DNA from: Trichodelitschia bisporula
Taxonomy: Eukaryota
Assembly (NCBI GenBank): GCA_010356995.1
Contig: ML996698.1
Span: forward strand, 431,923-495,922
Length of the DNA stretch: 64,000 bases
Direction of reading: 5' to 3'
Shown here: piece after piece, positions 12,436 to 23,202 of the stretch
Layout of the letters: each line of letters starts with the position of its first letter
How positions within the stretch are numbered: position 1 is the first letter of the stretch
Notes under the pieces: generated by a model
Seen by the model: only the letters and a program-made list of their open reading frames with translations
What the model was told of the DNA's origin: nothing
The model's database searches: none
Position numbers and translations under genes: made by a program

Positions 12436-13710
12436 TTAAACCTGTTCTACACTTTTGATTTCCTGATCCTCCTTATCGTACAGGCCCATCAACTTGGCGG
12501 CGTATTCCCCTGCTAAGCCGAGAGTGATGGCTCCACCGGTAAACCAGCATCCATTCTTAAACCACCACCAACAATTTGGCACGCTCTTCAGATTTACCTT
12601 CCATATCATCGTCGCCAGCGTCAGGGCTGCGCCTCCACAGCTTCCGATGTAGAATATTGGGCCCGCTCCAACGGCCGCCCCAGCACCAGCGAGAAGGGCA
12701 ATTTGAACTGCACCCAGGCCGACCAGCACGGGCTTCGTATTGTCCTCGTGGGCTAACGCAATGCTCTTGATGCCGGCCTTGACGTCGTCCTTGATGTCCA
12801 TGTGTGCATAAATCATGTCGTACAGCATCGTCCACGCGATGTTGCTCGAGTACAGGCATGCCGCTGCCACCAAAGCCGAATGATTGGTGAGGAGGTCGAC
12901 CCCGAGGGCCGGAAAGCCCATGATGGCGCCCCAGGAAAACGCTAGGCCAAGCACGAACTGCGGGTAGTACGTGACGCGTTTAGCGAGCGGGTATGTGGCC
13001 ACGAGTGCGAGAGACGGGATCCCGTAGTATAAGCACGATGTTGGAAACTGTAGCAGGACGGCTAAGCCGGCGAGGAGCTGTCCGCCCGTGAAGATGATGG
13101 CGGCCTTGGGGGTTACAGCGCGGCGGGCAATGGGCCGGAGGCGCGTGCGAGTGACGTGTGGATCCAAGTTGCGGTCCCAGAGGTCGTTTATTGTGCAGCC
13201 AGCGCCGCGCATAATCAGAGCGCCTGAGAGAAAGAGGGCTGTGGTGCCGATGACGGTGAGGGGAGGCGTGATCGGGCTCGCCAGGGGAGCGGCGAGGAGC
13301 GTGCTGAAAAGGCAGGGGAAGAAGAGATAATAGGTACCGGTGGGCTTGTCTATTCTAGCAAGCTCGGCATATGGCACCATAGAGCAGGGTAGGACAGATA
13401 AGAGCCCCGTTGTTGGAGGCTTGTACGCTTCAGATGAAGACTCAGGGGTTGCTGAGGAGCGGGTTGGAGACTTGGAGGCCCTTCGATGGAGGACTGGAGC
13501 ATCATTTTTGATGATGATGATGTTGCTGCGAAGATGGGAAGCTTTCGATGTCGCATTACAGCAGGTATCGGGTTGAGTGGAGAGATTACGACCGATCCAG
13601 AGACTTCGACGAACACATAGTCGAACCAATCTGGTACCATGCGTTCTGCTTTGCCATCCGCTAGCATAACGGCCCTTGAGTGAGGAATAACAATGAGCTA
13701 TAGGGCGCAT
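12436..13710 (-). CDS. COQ2: 4-hydroxybenzoate polyprenyltransferase, mitochondrial (UbiA family)
   Basis: RGAGCTINDLWDRNLDPHVTRTRLRP and YDMIYAHMDIKDD motifs, multiple TM helices, Arg/Ser-rich presequence. Confidence 0.96.
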   Translation of the reverse strand: MRPIAHCYSSLKGRYASGWQSRTHGTRLVRLCVRRSLWIGRNLSTQPDTCCNATSKASHLRSNIIIIKNDAPVLHRRASKSPTRSSATPESSSEAYKPPTTGLLSVLPCSMVPYAELARIDKPTGTYYLFFPCLFSTLLAAPLASPITPPLTVIGTTALFLSGALIMRGAGCTINDLWDRNLDPHVTRTRLRPIARRAVTPKAAIIFTGGQLLAGLAVLLQFPTSCLYYGIPSLALVATYPLAKRVTYYPQFVLGLAFSWGAIMGFPALGVDLLTNHSALVAAACLYSSNIAWTMLYDMIYAHMDIKDDVKAGIKSIALAHEDNTKPVLVGLGAVQIALLAGAGAAVGAGPIFYIGSCGGAALTLATMIWKVNLKSVPNCWWWFKNGCWFTGGAITLGLAGEYAAKLMGLYDKEDQEIKSVEQV

Positions 13711-14298
13711 CTTAAGCAGCCTTTATGTGCAAGCCAAATGGGGAAGTATGAGAAAACGAGCTACAGCGTGACCAGAATTAGCTGGTATTTAATGGACGAT
13801 CGATGAGGGGTTAAATGATACCTTCTAGTAGAGATTGATATGCCTGATCCAATTGAATCACCACGAAAGAGCCGAGATGCCGCAATATGTTGCTTACACG
13901 GCTCTATAGTTTTGCGAACAGTCGGGAACTTGAGATGGAGGTTAGGTGGACTCCAGCAACACCAAGGCTTTACCCGCTCGAAGTCAAAGCACAAGCCAAG
14001 ACCTGTGCGCGAACCGCATCGCGTCTCCTCCCAGTCGTCACGTCGTCGAATATCTTGACACCCATTCTCCATCTCGCCCCTTTCCCATCCTACATCCCTC
14101 GCTTCACTACTCATTGATCGTCATCAGCACCGGTACTGCATCCCATAGTATTCCCGTACCTTCTTCTATCCCAGCGTTCTCTACTTCGCTTTCCATCATC
14201 CATGCGGCTCCCGCACGGCACCCTGTACAATCCAGGGTAAACAAACTGGTCTCCTCAACACACATTTATTGAGGTGTTTGTAACCCCAGTTCTTCAAC

Positions 14299-17200
14299 AT
14301 GCCCGCCCAGCGGCCACGGGCAAGCTTCGAGCCCATAAGCCCGCATTTCAACCTAGATGAACTCGTCGAAACAACCGACAACTTCCAGTATGTCGATCGA
14401 CTCGGTCTCGATGTCATAGAAGAGCAAGGCTTGAAGCGGTTCGAGAAACTGCTTCTACTGCGTGTTATTGTTGGAGGCATGCCACTTGTAATCGATGGGT
14501 TTGAGGACAAGTTGGATCCCTGGACCTTCACTCCCAAGTGGCTTCGCGACAACCATGGGGACAAGGGTAGGATGCGATCACTGATGAAAAGCTTCGGCAG
14601 CTGACTGTATACAGTGGAGAATGCTCGGGATATAACTGCCCAACAGGATCTGCCCCTAACCATCGGCCACTACCTCAAGAACATGGGAATTTTGACAGAG
14701 CAGTACTTCGAGAAGCCAGAAAACTACAAGGACAAAAACCGCCAGCGCATCTATTTGAAAGACATAGACTGCCCACCGGTCTGGCAGGACAAGCTGAGGG
14801 AGCACGTTCCCGGAAGCCTCTTTTACTGGAATGATTCAATTGCAGAAGCTGGAGGGTTAGGCGCTGTAGGCGGGCCAATTCATGGGGCAACTGGCCGAAA
14901 GAAAGGAAAGGGCGTCGCAATTGCAGGAGACCTGATGAGCAGTCTCCCTGTCGAAATGCGCGCAGAGAATCTCCAGTGCTACATTGGCCACGAAGGAACC
15001 TACACCCCAGCTCACCGCGAGATGTGTGCCACTCTCGGCCATAACATCATGGTCAACGCATCGGGAGGTGTTGACGAGTACGGGGAGCGGGAGCGGCCCG
15101 GTTCCTCCGTCTGGTTCATGACCGAGTCCAGGGATCGCCATACCGTTGCGGAATACTGGATGTCTGTCTTAGGTCACGACATCGAAATCGAGAATCACTT
15201 TGCTCAGATGGTCGCCTGGCAGCGTGCGCCATTCAAGGTATACGTTGTCGAGCAGAGGCCGGGCGACCTCATCCTTATTCCGCCACTTGCACCACATCAA
15301 GTCTGGAACCGGGGAACGCGGACCATGAAAGTTGCTTGGAACCGGACCACCGTGGACACACTCGAGCTAGCCCTGAAAGAAGCTCTGCCCAAGGCGCGCA
15401 TGGTGTGTCGCGACGAGCAGTACAAGAACAAGGCCATCAGCTATTACACTCTTCTCAAATACTCGGCGCTTTTCAAGTCATCCGCTACCCAGCTAGCCGG
15501 GTCACGGCATGATGCTTACGATATCGAGACCTACAAGCAGGTGCGGCAGATCAAGAAGGATTCCAAGCGGCTGTTCGAGCTTTTCAAGCAAATCATGCTG
15601 TCGGAGATGTTTGCGCCTAGCCCAAAGGAACATCCCGAATTCATCGCCTTTGACAGCAACGTCACGTGTTCCTACTGCAGGGGCAACATCTTCAACCGCT
15701 TCTTGACATGCAAGACTTGCCCCGACGCGCTCGGAACTGACACCGATGAGCCCTACGACGTGTGTATGGAGTGCTTCATCATGGGCCGAGGCTGTGGCTG
15801 CCAGTCAAAGTACAAATGGGTGGAGCAGTTTAAGTGGAAAGAGCTTGTGGGTCGCTACGAAGAATGGCGGAAACAGATCATCGAGATGGGTATCGGTGCG
15901 TCTGGGGTAGCCCCCATGACTCTGGAAAAGGAACGGGAGGCATACCCCAAAAGGACACTTGCCCAGATATGCCAAGAGCAACTGAAGCTTCGCCCTTGGG
16001 TCGACATAAAGAAGCCGAGGCAAGAACTTCTCGATGAGAATGGTGACGAAATCCGGGTCGACAGTCACGGTAAGGTCAACAGGTCGGGCAAAAAGCGGCC
16101 AAGGGATTGGAATCAGAACTACCAAGCTTGCCATTCGTGCGCCCACCGCCACCCCAAGTGGATGATGGCAATATGCACTAAATGCGAGCGAGGCCTGTGT
16201 TACGGGTTTTTGTGGCGAGCTCAAGAGGTAATGCCTCAAACCATCCTGGAGGATCCAAACTGGATATGCCCCCATTGTCGTCGAATCTGCAATGTCGCCG
16301 CGTGCAGGAAGGATTCGAAGCAGAAGCCTTATCAACCAAAGGGCACCATTCTCGGACACGATACCAAAAAGGTAGCAGATCCAAGGAGCGTTGAATGCTT
16401 GGTCGACTTCAGCGTGTCTAACGTTAAGCATCTGATGGATGAAGAAGACGCGCTCCTCAATCCTCGTCTGCTAGAGGCTCAGGCGGCGGCTGAAAGGGCC
16501 AAGCTGAGCGACCCAATGCTCGACGAGAGATATTTCGACGACGGGGAGGAGAATGGTATCGTTATGAATGGACCGATGGATACCCGTGGCCAGATCGAAT
16601 ACTCCCCCATGGATGACTTGATTGACCCTGCTTTAGGTGGCTCCGGGAATGGCTTATCCGCGAGTACCGGCTTGTCCCAGGCGACGCTCGCGCACAATAC
16701 GCTGGTCGCTTCTGACCCTGTGCCAACACTCCCCGATTTTATGTCGACTCGGCACCTGTCAACTCACTTCTATCCTGACCCCAGCATGGAGTCCCAGTCA
16801 CAGTTTGTGGCCCCATCAGCCGTAATGTATGAGATACCGGATTCTTTCGGATATCTGCCGAGCAATTCGGATCCTGCTGCATTTGGAGGCTCGGAGAAAC
16901 GGCCCCGGGCTGACGAGCTTGAGGAGATCAAGCTCGTTACTAGCAAGCGGAGACGGGTCCCAGTTGCCCCCAAAGCGCCGCAAGCGAAGGATAAGGCAAC
17001 CAAGCAGTATCAGCAAGAACATGAGCGGAAGCTTCTCGAGGAGGCGAAGAAGAATGGCCGCCATACCCAGGTTTTCGGCAAGCTTCACAACAGATCATGT
17101 ATCGCCATTCTCAAGATCAGCAAAGAGAAGCTCAGGCGTTTTGACCTTAATCCTGCGACGCAATCGGAGGCCCTTGCCGAAGAACGAAACGTCTTGCTGC

Positions 17201-18732
17201 GCTCTGATATCTTGCAAGGGGCTCCAAAGCCCACTGTTCCCGCTCCGGATCCCGCTCCGGTGAAGGGGAAGGGGAAGACGGAGAGCCGACAGTTCCGGTA
17301 CCGTGTCGAAGACGATGAGCTCTATGGTGATAGGTCCGATCGGCCGAGACGCAAGCAGCGATACGAAGAAGTCACGGTTGAATCCGATATTGAAGATGCC
17401 ATAAGAGAGGGCATCACCAGTAAAAAGGACAGGAGTCCGACACAGCGCAGGCGGTCAACTTGGCTTGCGCGCAAGAACCAAGGCGATGACAACCTGCCGG
17501 AGGAACTTCCACCGAACTTCAAGGACGGGCAGGTCAGCCGCAGTCAGCGACAGCGGGCAATGCCACGTCAACAAGCTCAGAAAAGGCCAACCATTCGGCC
17601 GGCTCGAACAAGCCCTGAGTCTTTTGTGGAATACCACAGCGAAGGCGATACCGCTGATGAAGACGACCGACCGCCCTCACCTCCAGTACCTGTGGAGAAT
17701 CCCGTCGACGACAGCTTCATGGCGGATATTTTAGAGCTCCACGCTGAACTTCAACCGGTAGTCAATCCCGTCGCCTCAGACCTTACCGGCATCAATCACC
17801 CTATCGGACGCCCTACTGGCCGTTCGCAGCCGACCACTTTCCCTCCTGCCACGGCACATACGACCTCTGGGCCTATACAGTCTTCACTGTTTTCTCCCGT
17901 GCCTGAAACTGCATCCATTACCCAAAGCATGTCCACTCATACCTCACCTGAACCAGCATTCTCATCGGAGGAAGAAAACGTGCAGGCATCTGCCATCTTT
18001 CAAATGCCACCCACTGTCGCTAAACCCGCCGTTAGCAAGGCTGTGCAGGCATCTACCACCTTTCAAATGCCGCCCACCGTCGCCAAACCCGCCGTTAGCA
18101 AGGCCGTACAGGTCGCTAAAGACGCCCTTGCCGCCGAACGTGAACGCGCTGCAGCAATGGAGGCAGAGAACAAATGGGCCAGGCTCCGGGCAGCCGGACT
18201 TCTCGACAACGAAGATAAAGATGAAGACGAAGCTGAAGACGAAGATGGCGACCAGGATTCTACGGAATCGAGCAAACAGTCCGCCTACGGCTCAGTATCT
18301 CCATCGGCACCAAGTCCACCCGTGGAATCGTTTTCCAAGCCTGAGCCCCGTACAGCCGTCATGCGATCGGCAGAGAGACCGGCCCCCGTGGCTACGCCCA
18401 CACGTAGTCGGGGCGGACCCCCCTCCCCACGTCGGGGGCGAGGTGGTTCGCTGTTTAACAGCATTTCGAGCCGCGGGAAGATCAAGATTGTGTCTAAGGC
18501 TGCGTCTTCGAAACGTGCATCGGACTCTGGGTTTGGAGCTCGGGCTGAGACGCCTGAAACCCCGATAGCCCAGGCATCGGCTGGGCAGGGTGAGACTGCC
18601 AAACGGAGTCCGACGCGTGGTCGGCCCCCGGGCCGAGCTTCGCTGCCGAATATGACTGCAGGGAGCCTGAGAGGAGGATTTGGTCAGAGTGGCAGGGGTA
18701 GGGGCGGTCCGGTTCGGCGGGGTGGTAACTAG
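14299..18732 (+). CDS. JmjC-domain putative histone demethylase with Cys-rich zinc fingers; 2 exons
   Basis: Intron 14567-14614. JmjC Fe ligands TPAHREM..APHQVWN, CxxC clusters (CSYC/CKTC/CMEC; CHSC/CTKC/CPHC), C-terminal AT-hook-like RGRPP. Confidence 0.88.
17980..18112 (+). repeat. 63-bp in-frame tandem duplication inside the JmjC gene
   Basis: VQASAIFQMPPTVAKPAVSKA / VQASTTFQMPPTVAKPAVSKA / VQ, with units starting at 17980, 18043 and 18106. Confidence 0.93.
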
Positions 18733-19167
18733 CTTCCAAATTGAGACAGGATGTCTGTTTGATGCTGCTGCAGCTTTAATGGAATGGGATAGATTTAGCT
18801 GCCATACTGGACCCAGCACAGCTTTGTCTCATCAAAATTCATGTTTCAAGTGCTACCTGCAGTGTGAATTGCCCACTGGAACTACGTACGCCGAAATGTA
18901 AGACTCTATAAAGCGGCACCAACTACCAGTGTATCTTATTGAAGACAGACGCGCTACCGGGCCTATGAAGAGGTCAGCCCCTCGTGCTTATACAGGGCCC
19001 CAAAACGCCAGAAGATGAAGGCTGCGGCCGCAGCGTGGATATAGAACACAGGTCGGGCGGTTCTGGAGCAAACGCAGTGCTCCAAGAACCTCACCAGCCA
19101 TTAACGTGGTACAGAGTACAAGCAAAACACAGCAAACATCCCCTCTCCTTCTGCCTCGGGACAGCAC

Positions 19168-19906
19168 CTACGAGAACCAGCCATTTCCCGAGCCGCTCCC
19201 ACGGCGACTCTTCTCACTGCCCTCGCGCACCGGCGGCCCCAAATCAGGAGCATATTTCCAGCCGCGCGCGGGCCAGATCTCCAAATGGCCGCCAGCAGAT
19301 GAGATGCCCTCGTGGATTTCCTGCTCCAGCTTGCTCATCAGCAGGCTGACGGCCTTCTCCTTGGTGTCGCGCAGCTCGTGCTCGATGTCAATGTGGCGGG
19401 CGCCCGTGCCGGATGAGAAGTACGCGCCGTTCGAGGCACCGTTTTTCTTGAGCATGGAGGATGAGGCGGCGCGCATGCTGTTGTTGGGGAAGTAAGGCAC
19501 CGCCGGGCCGGTTAGGAGGACTTTGAGGTGCCCGTTGGCGCCTGGCGCTGGGTCTGGGGGAGATGGGGTGGAGGAGGTGTTGGGGCCGGTCGGGGTTGCG
19601 GGTGGAGGGGGGACGGCGAGGAGGGCGGCATAGTACAGGTCGCGTGGCTCTGGGACGCCGGTTGAGGGGTTGAGGGAGACGTCGCCGGTGTGGGCGACTG
19701 TGAGGCGGAGGGTTGTGGGGTCGTGGTCGTGGAAGAGGATGTTCACGTTTACTTGAGCTGTTAGCTAGTTCTCGGGCTGACAAGATAAGGCTTCGAATAC
19801 CGAGGAAGAGATGCTGGTTTAGCGAGTTGATCGATGCGCATGAAGGCGGGAGCAGATGCTCGTAGCGCTTCAGGACGGACATGTTGGAATCGTCTTCGCC
19901 GGCCAT
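19168..19906 (-). CDS. Hypothetical protein; 2 exons
   Basis: ATG at 19906 (MAGEDDSNMSVLKRY). A 43-nt intron 19800-19758 (GTATTC..GCTAACAG) joins it in frame to the 19168-19746 ORF. No family recognised. Confidence 0.7.
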
Positions 19907-20517
19907 GGGATTGGGATGTGAGCCGTCACGGTGAATAGCTACTGCAGCTGACCTCATGTAGGCGACTCTCAAGGAATGGGGGAAATGTGTATTTATGTAT
20001 GTGTTGAGCTGCAGGTTAGAGGCGATGCGTCCTGGGAAGTCACAGTAATAGTCATGGTCAGGCAGCAGCAACAGGAGTAGCAACGCCAACGAGGAGCGTT
20101 ACCGCCCTACAAGTTACGAGCTAAGGCGGGTGGCTTTGCAACGTCGATATGCTGAGAACAGCGCAGCGGTTGTGCAAACTGAGTCGAAAGTAAGTCGAAG
20201 CCAGTAGTGACTGGACACATCGTGTCCGCATGGTGGCATTGGTGATTGAGTTTGATGCTCCGCTAGTGTTGCGCCGACTCGTTCACTAGCCCTCGAACCC
20301 CCGCATATTTGACGTGGCCGACAATCGCCGTCGTTCATGACCGCTCGAGATTTCACGAGGAAATGCGCCGAATAAAGGTAAACAGTATTCGTACCAGCAT
20401 GATATCAGTGACATCCGCAAGACGAAAACACATATAGCACGCCGAATCTAAGGGTAGTCGTCCTCTAAGAAAGCAAGCAAGCGGGTATCTCGTCCATTCG
20501 CATCATCACAAGCGCTT

Positions 20518-20938
20518 CTATGCCTTTCCCTCGCTCGACTTGATTGCCTCGTACTGCTCCGTAGCTCTCTTCCAGAGCGAAGCCAGCGATCCCTCCCAGC
20601 GCTGCTGCACAGCTGTCCAGTCCGTCATCTGTGCCTTGCGCACCAGCGCCGTGATCTCTCCGTTCCAACGGTCCTTGGCTTGTTCTGCGAGGCTAACGCG
20701 CTCCTCTACCACCGGGGAGAAAATGACAGGAGGTTCCGGTTCGACGAGCCTGCTAAGGGATGTGGAGTGTTGCTGGAGGGCGAGGCATTGCGCAGTGCGG
20801 TTGCGGCGGTGGATTGCGATGGAGTAGTAAAGGATAGAAGAGGTAAGGGTTGCGCCGCCGACCTAGGGACGCCCTTGTTAGTCAAGCACTTGCTGCAGCA
20901 TTTGGGGCATGACCTACGAAGCCAGCGAGAAAGCCCAT
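20518..20938 (-). CDS. MIC12: MICOS complex subunit Mic12 (Aim5-like); 2 exons
   Basis: Spliced product MGFLAGF|VGGATLTSSILYYSIAIHRRNR..SLAEQAKDRWNGEI..TDW with intron 20917-20863. N-terminal TM plus KDRWN motif as in fungal Mic12. Confidence 0.8.
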
Positions 20939-21241
20939 TCTGAATACGCGTACGCAGTTGAGTTGTAGCAGAGCCTGCCAGTCGTTATCGCATTGTTGAT
21001 TGTGGACTGGGTTTGGGTGCGGACGGCGGGCAAGCGCACGGGATGGCGTCTAAGGCTTGACTTGGATCGTTGGCCAAATTTGGCCGTGCTTCGAACACCC
21101 TGCCGTCTCGAGTTTGACTTCACCAACACCAATTGAGCCGCCATCCCACCTGCATATTTTGCTCCTCTACCCCATATCCGCCCATGATACGATAGTCATA
21201 GCAGGACCGCAGCGACCCTCTCCTCTACTTCTCCCATCACC

Positions 21242-21926
21242 ATGGCCGGGGGCGCCGTGAAATACCGGCATCTGAGCAGAAACTCTGCCCATCGCCAGGC
21301 CCTTCTCCGCAACCTCATTGAGTCCCTGATCGAGCACGAATCGATTCGAACGACATGGCACAAGGCCAAAGAAACGCAGCGCCTGGCAGAAAAGGTCATC
21401 ACCCTCGGAAAAAAGAACACAGAAGCCAGCCGTCGGCGCGCCTGGCAAATATTCTATGTATGCGCTCACGACTCCTCTGCCTCTCGCCCCGCTAATATCC
21501 CTCCAGCGACCCGCTCTACTAGTTCCCAAAGTCTTCGGTGAGCTCCGCGAACGGTACGCCGATCGTCCTGGTGGCTACACGCGCGTGTTGCGCATCGAAC
21601 CCATCAAGGAAGATCAGGCCGCCTCGGCGATTCTCGAGCTCGTCGACGGGCCCAAAGACATGCGCTTTGCCATGACGGCCAAGACCCTAGCTCACCAGCG
21701 GAGAGAAGGCAAGCCGATCAACGAAATCACCCAGCAGAATCTTACCAAGGTGACGCGCTTCCGCAAGGATGGCGCGGGGGAGCTTGAAGAGCTTGTGAAG
21801 AAGTTTGAGGCTTTGGATCCGCAAGAAGAGGCGGCAGCTGAGCGCCCACAGCAGAAGCAGGTGTACCCCCACACCGATCCAGATCCGACGAAGAAGCCGA
21901 AGAAGGCGAGATGGACCAAAAACTAA
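21242..21926 (+). CDS. MRPL8: Mitochondrial ribosomal protein bL17m; 2 exons
   Basis: YRHLSRNSAHRQALLRNL, IRTTWHKAKE and RYADRPGGYTRVLR motifs. Intron 21458-21506. Confidence 0.95.
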
Positions 21927-22264
21927 ATAGAATGAACATATATGGGCTTGGAAGGCGTTTCTTTATGGGAAAATGGGACATAGTCGTTCAGGCTGCGCTT
22001 GAGCTCACGGATGCTGAACCGAGCGAAGCTGTACGGCTCGCGTACTCGTACTTTCTATATCGAAATTCCCTCGATGCTCGCTCTGCATTGGCATTGAAGA
22101 ACTCTAAACAAATGAAAACCGGATAAGAGTCTAAGCTACACGCCCATGACAGATAGACTTCACTAGTAATATGCACAACTTGGGTATCGACGATTGACTC
22201 CCCAGAACACCAGCGAAACCTGGTAAACTCAGACAAACGTTGCGCCAAACACCGAAAGCGAATC

Positions 22265-23202
22265 CTAGCGGCCCATCCCGCCCATGTTCCGGGTCAAGGC
22301 AATACGCTTGCTGTACGGGCTCAAGCTGCGCTGTCGTGGGGGAGACGGAGCTCTTTGCTCCATAGCAAAGTCTTGAGGAGGCGGGCGTTCAAACTGCGGA
22401 GGCCGATCGGACATCTGACGGTCGTTCGCGTAAGGGCTCCGGGAGCGCGATTGCCGACCCTTCCAGCTTCCAGCGCCACCTGGTGATCGGGAAATCCGCC
22501 TATTACGTCCAGTACTACGGCTACGCGTCCGCCTATCTCCATCGCGTGCACGGCTGTGCCGACGGCCTCGCGGGGCCGGTGAGAAAGAGCTAAGTCTGCG
22601 TCGGATGTTGCGCTCGTCCAATTCGCTGTCATCTAGGTCACGGCCGGGGGAGCGGCTTTCGGACCGCGCTCGCTTCTTGCCATGGCGTGATCGGCGTGAT
22701 TCAGGTCCACCTTTCGAGGACCGCTTGTCGCGAGCTTCATAGCGAGACTTTGGAGGGGACTGCGAGCGCGTGGCAACCGTGGAGATGGTAGATACTGAGG
22801 ATGAACGAGAGGACGCTGGGGAAGGCGAGCGCTTGCGGCCGCGATCGTCAGACTTGTGCGCGGGCTTGTTGTCAAGAGCAGTGGGTCTGGAAGGTCAGTG
22901 CATGCACACATGGTACGAAAAGGCGCAGTCATATGGCTCACTTTCTGATGAGATCATCGGGAACCTCCGTTGTAAGCTTTGGCGCCAGTTTGGGGTTGAG
23001 GAGCTGTTGAGTACGAGAGGGTCGGGCGGCATACGGCCTCTCCTGCGTGCTAGCTTTGCATTCAAAGCTGTAATGGCGTGGAAGATGGGTTAGCTGACGC
23101 GTTTATAATGGGTATAGGCTACGTATCTCGTTTCAGGCACTTCTGGCATAGCGTAGAGGGGGAAGCCTTGGACACAGTCGGAGGGCGGTAAAGGCGGTGC
23201 AT
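22265..23202 (-). CDS. Zinc-knuckle (ZCCHC10-like) Arg/Ser-rich protein; 3 exons, first intron AT-AC
   Basis: ATG at 23202: MHRLYRPPTVSKASPSTLCQKCLKR-G-HYSFECKASTQERPYAARPSRTQQL. Introns 23126-23078 (AT-AC) and 22941-22887 (GT-AG). Exon 3 is open to the stop at 22265 and ends RSLSPYSKRIALTRNM. Confidence 0.85.
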
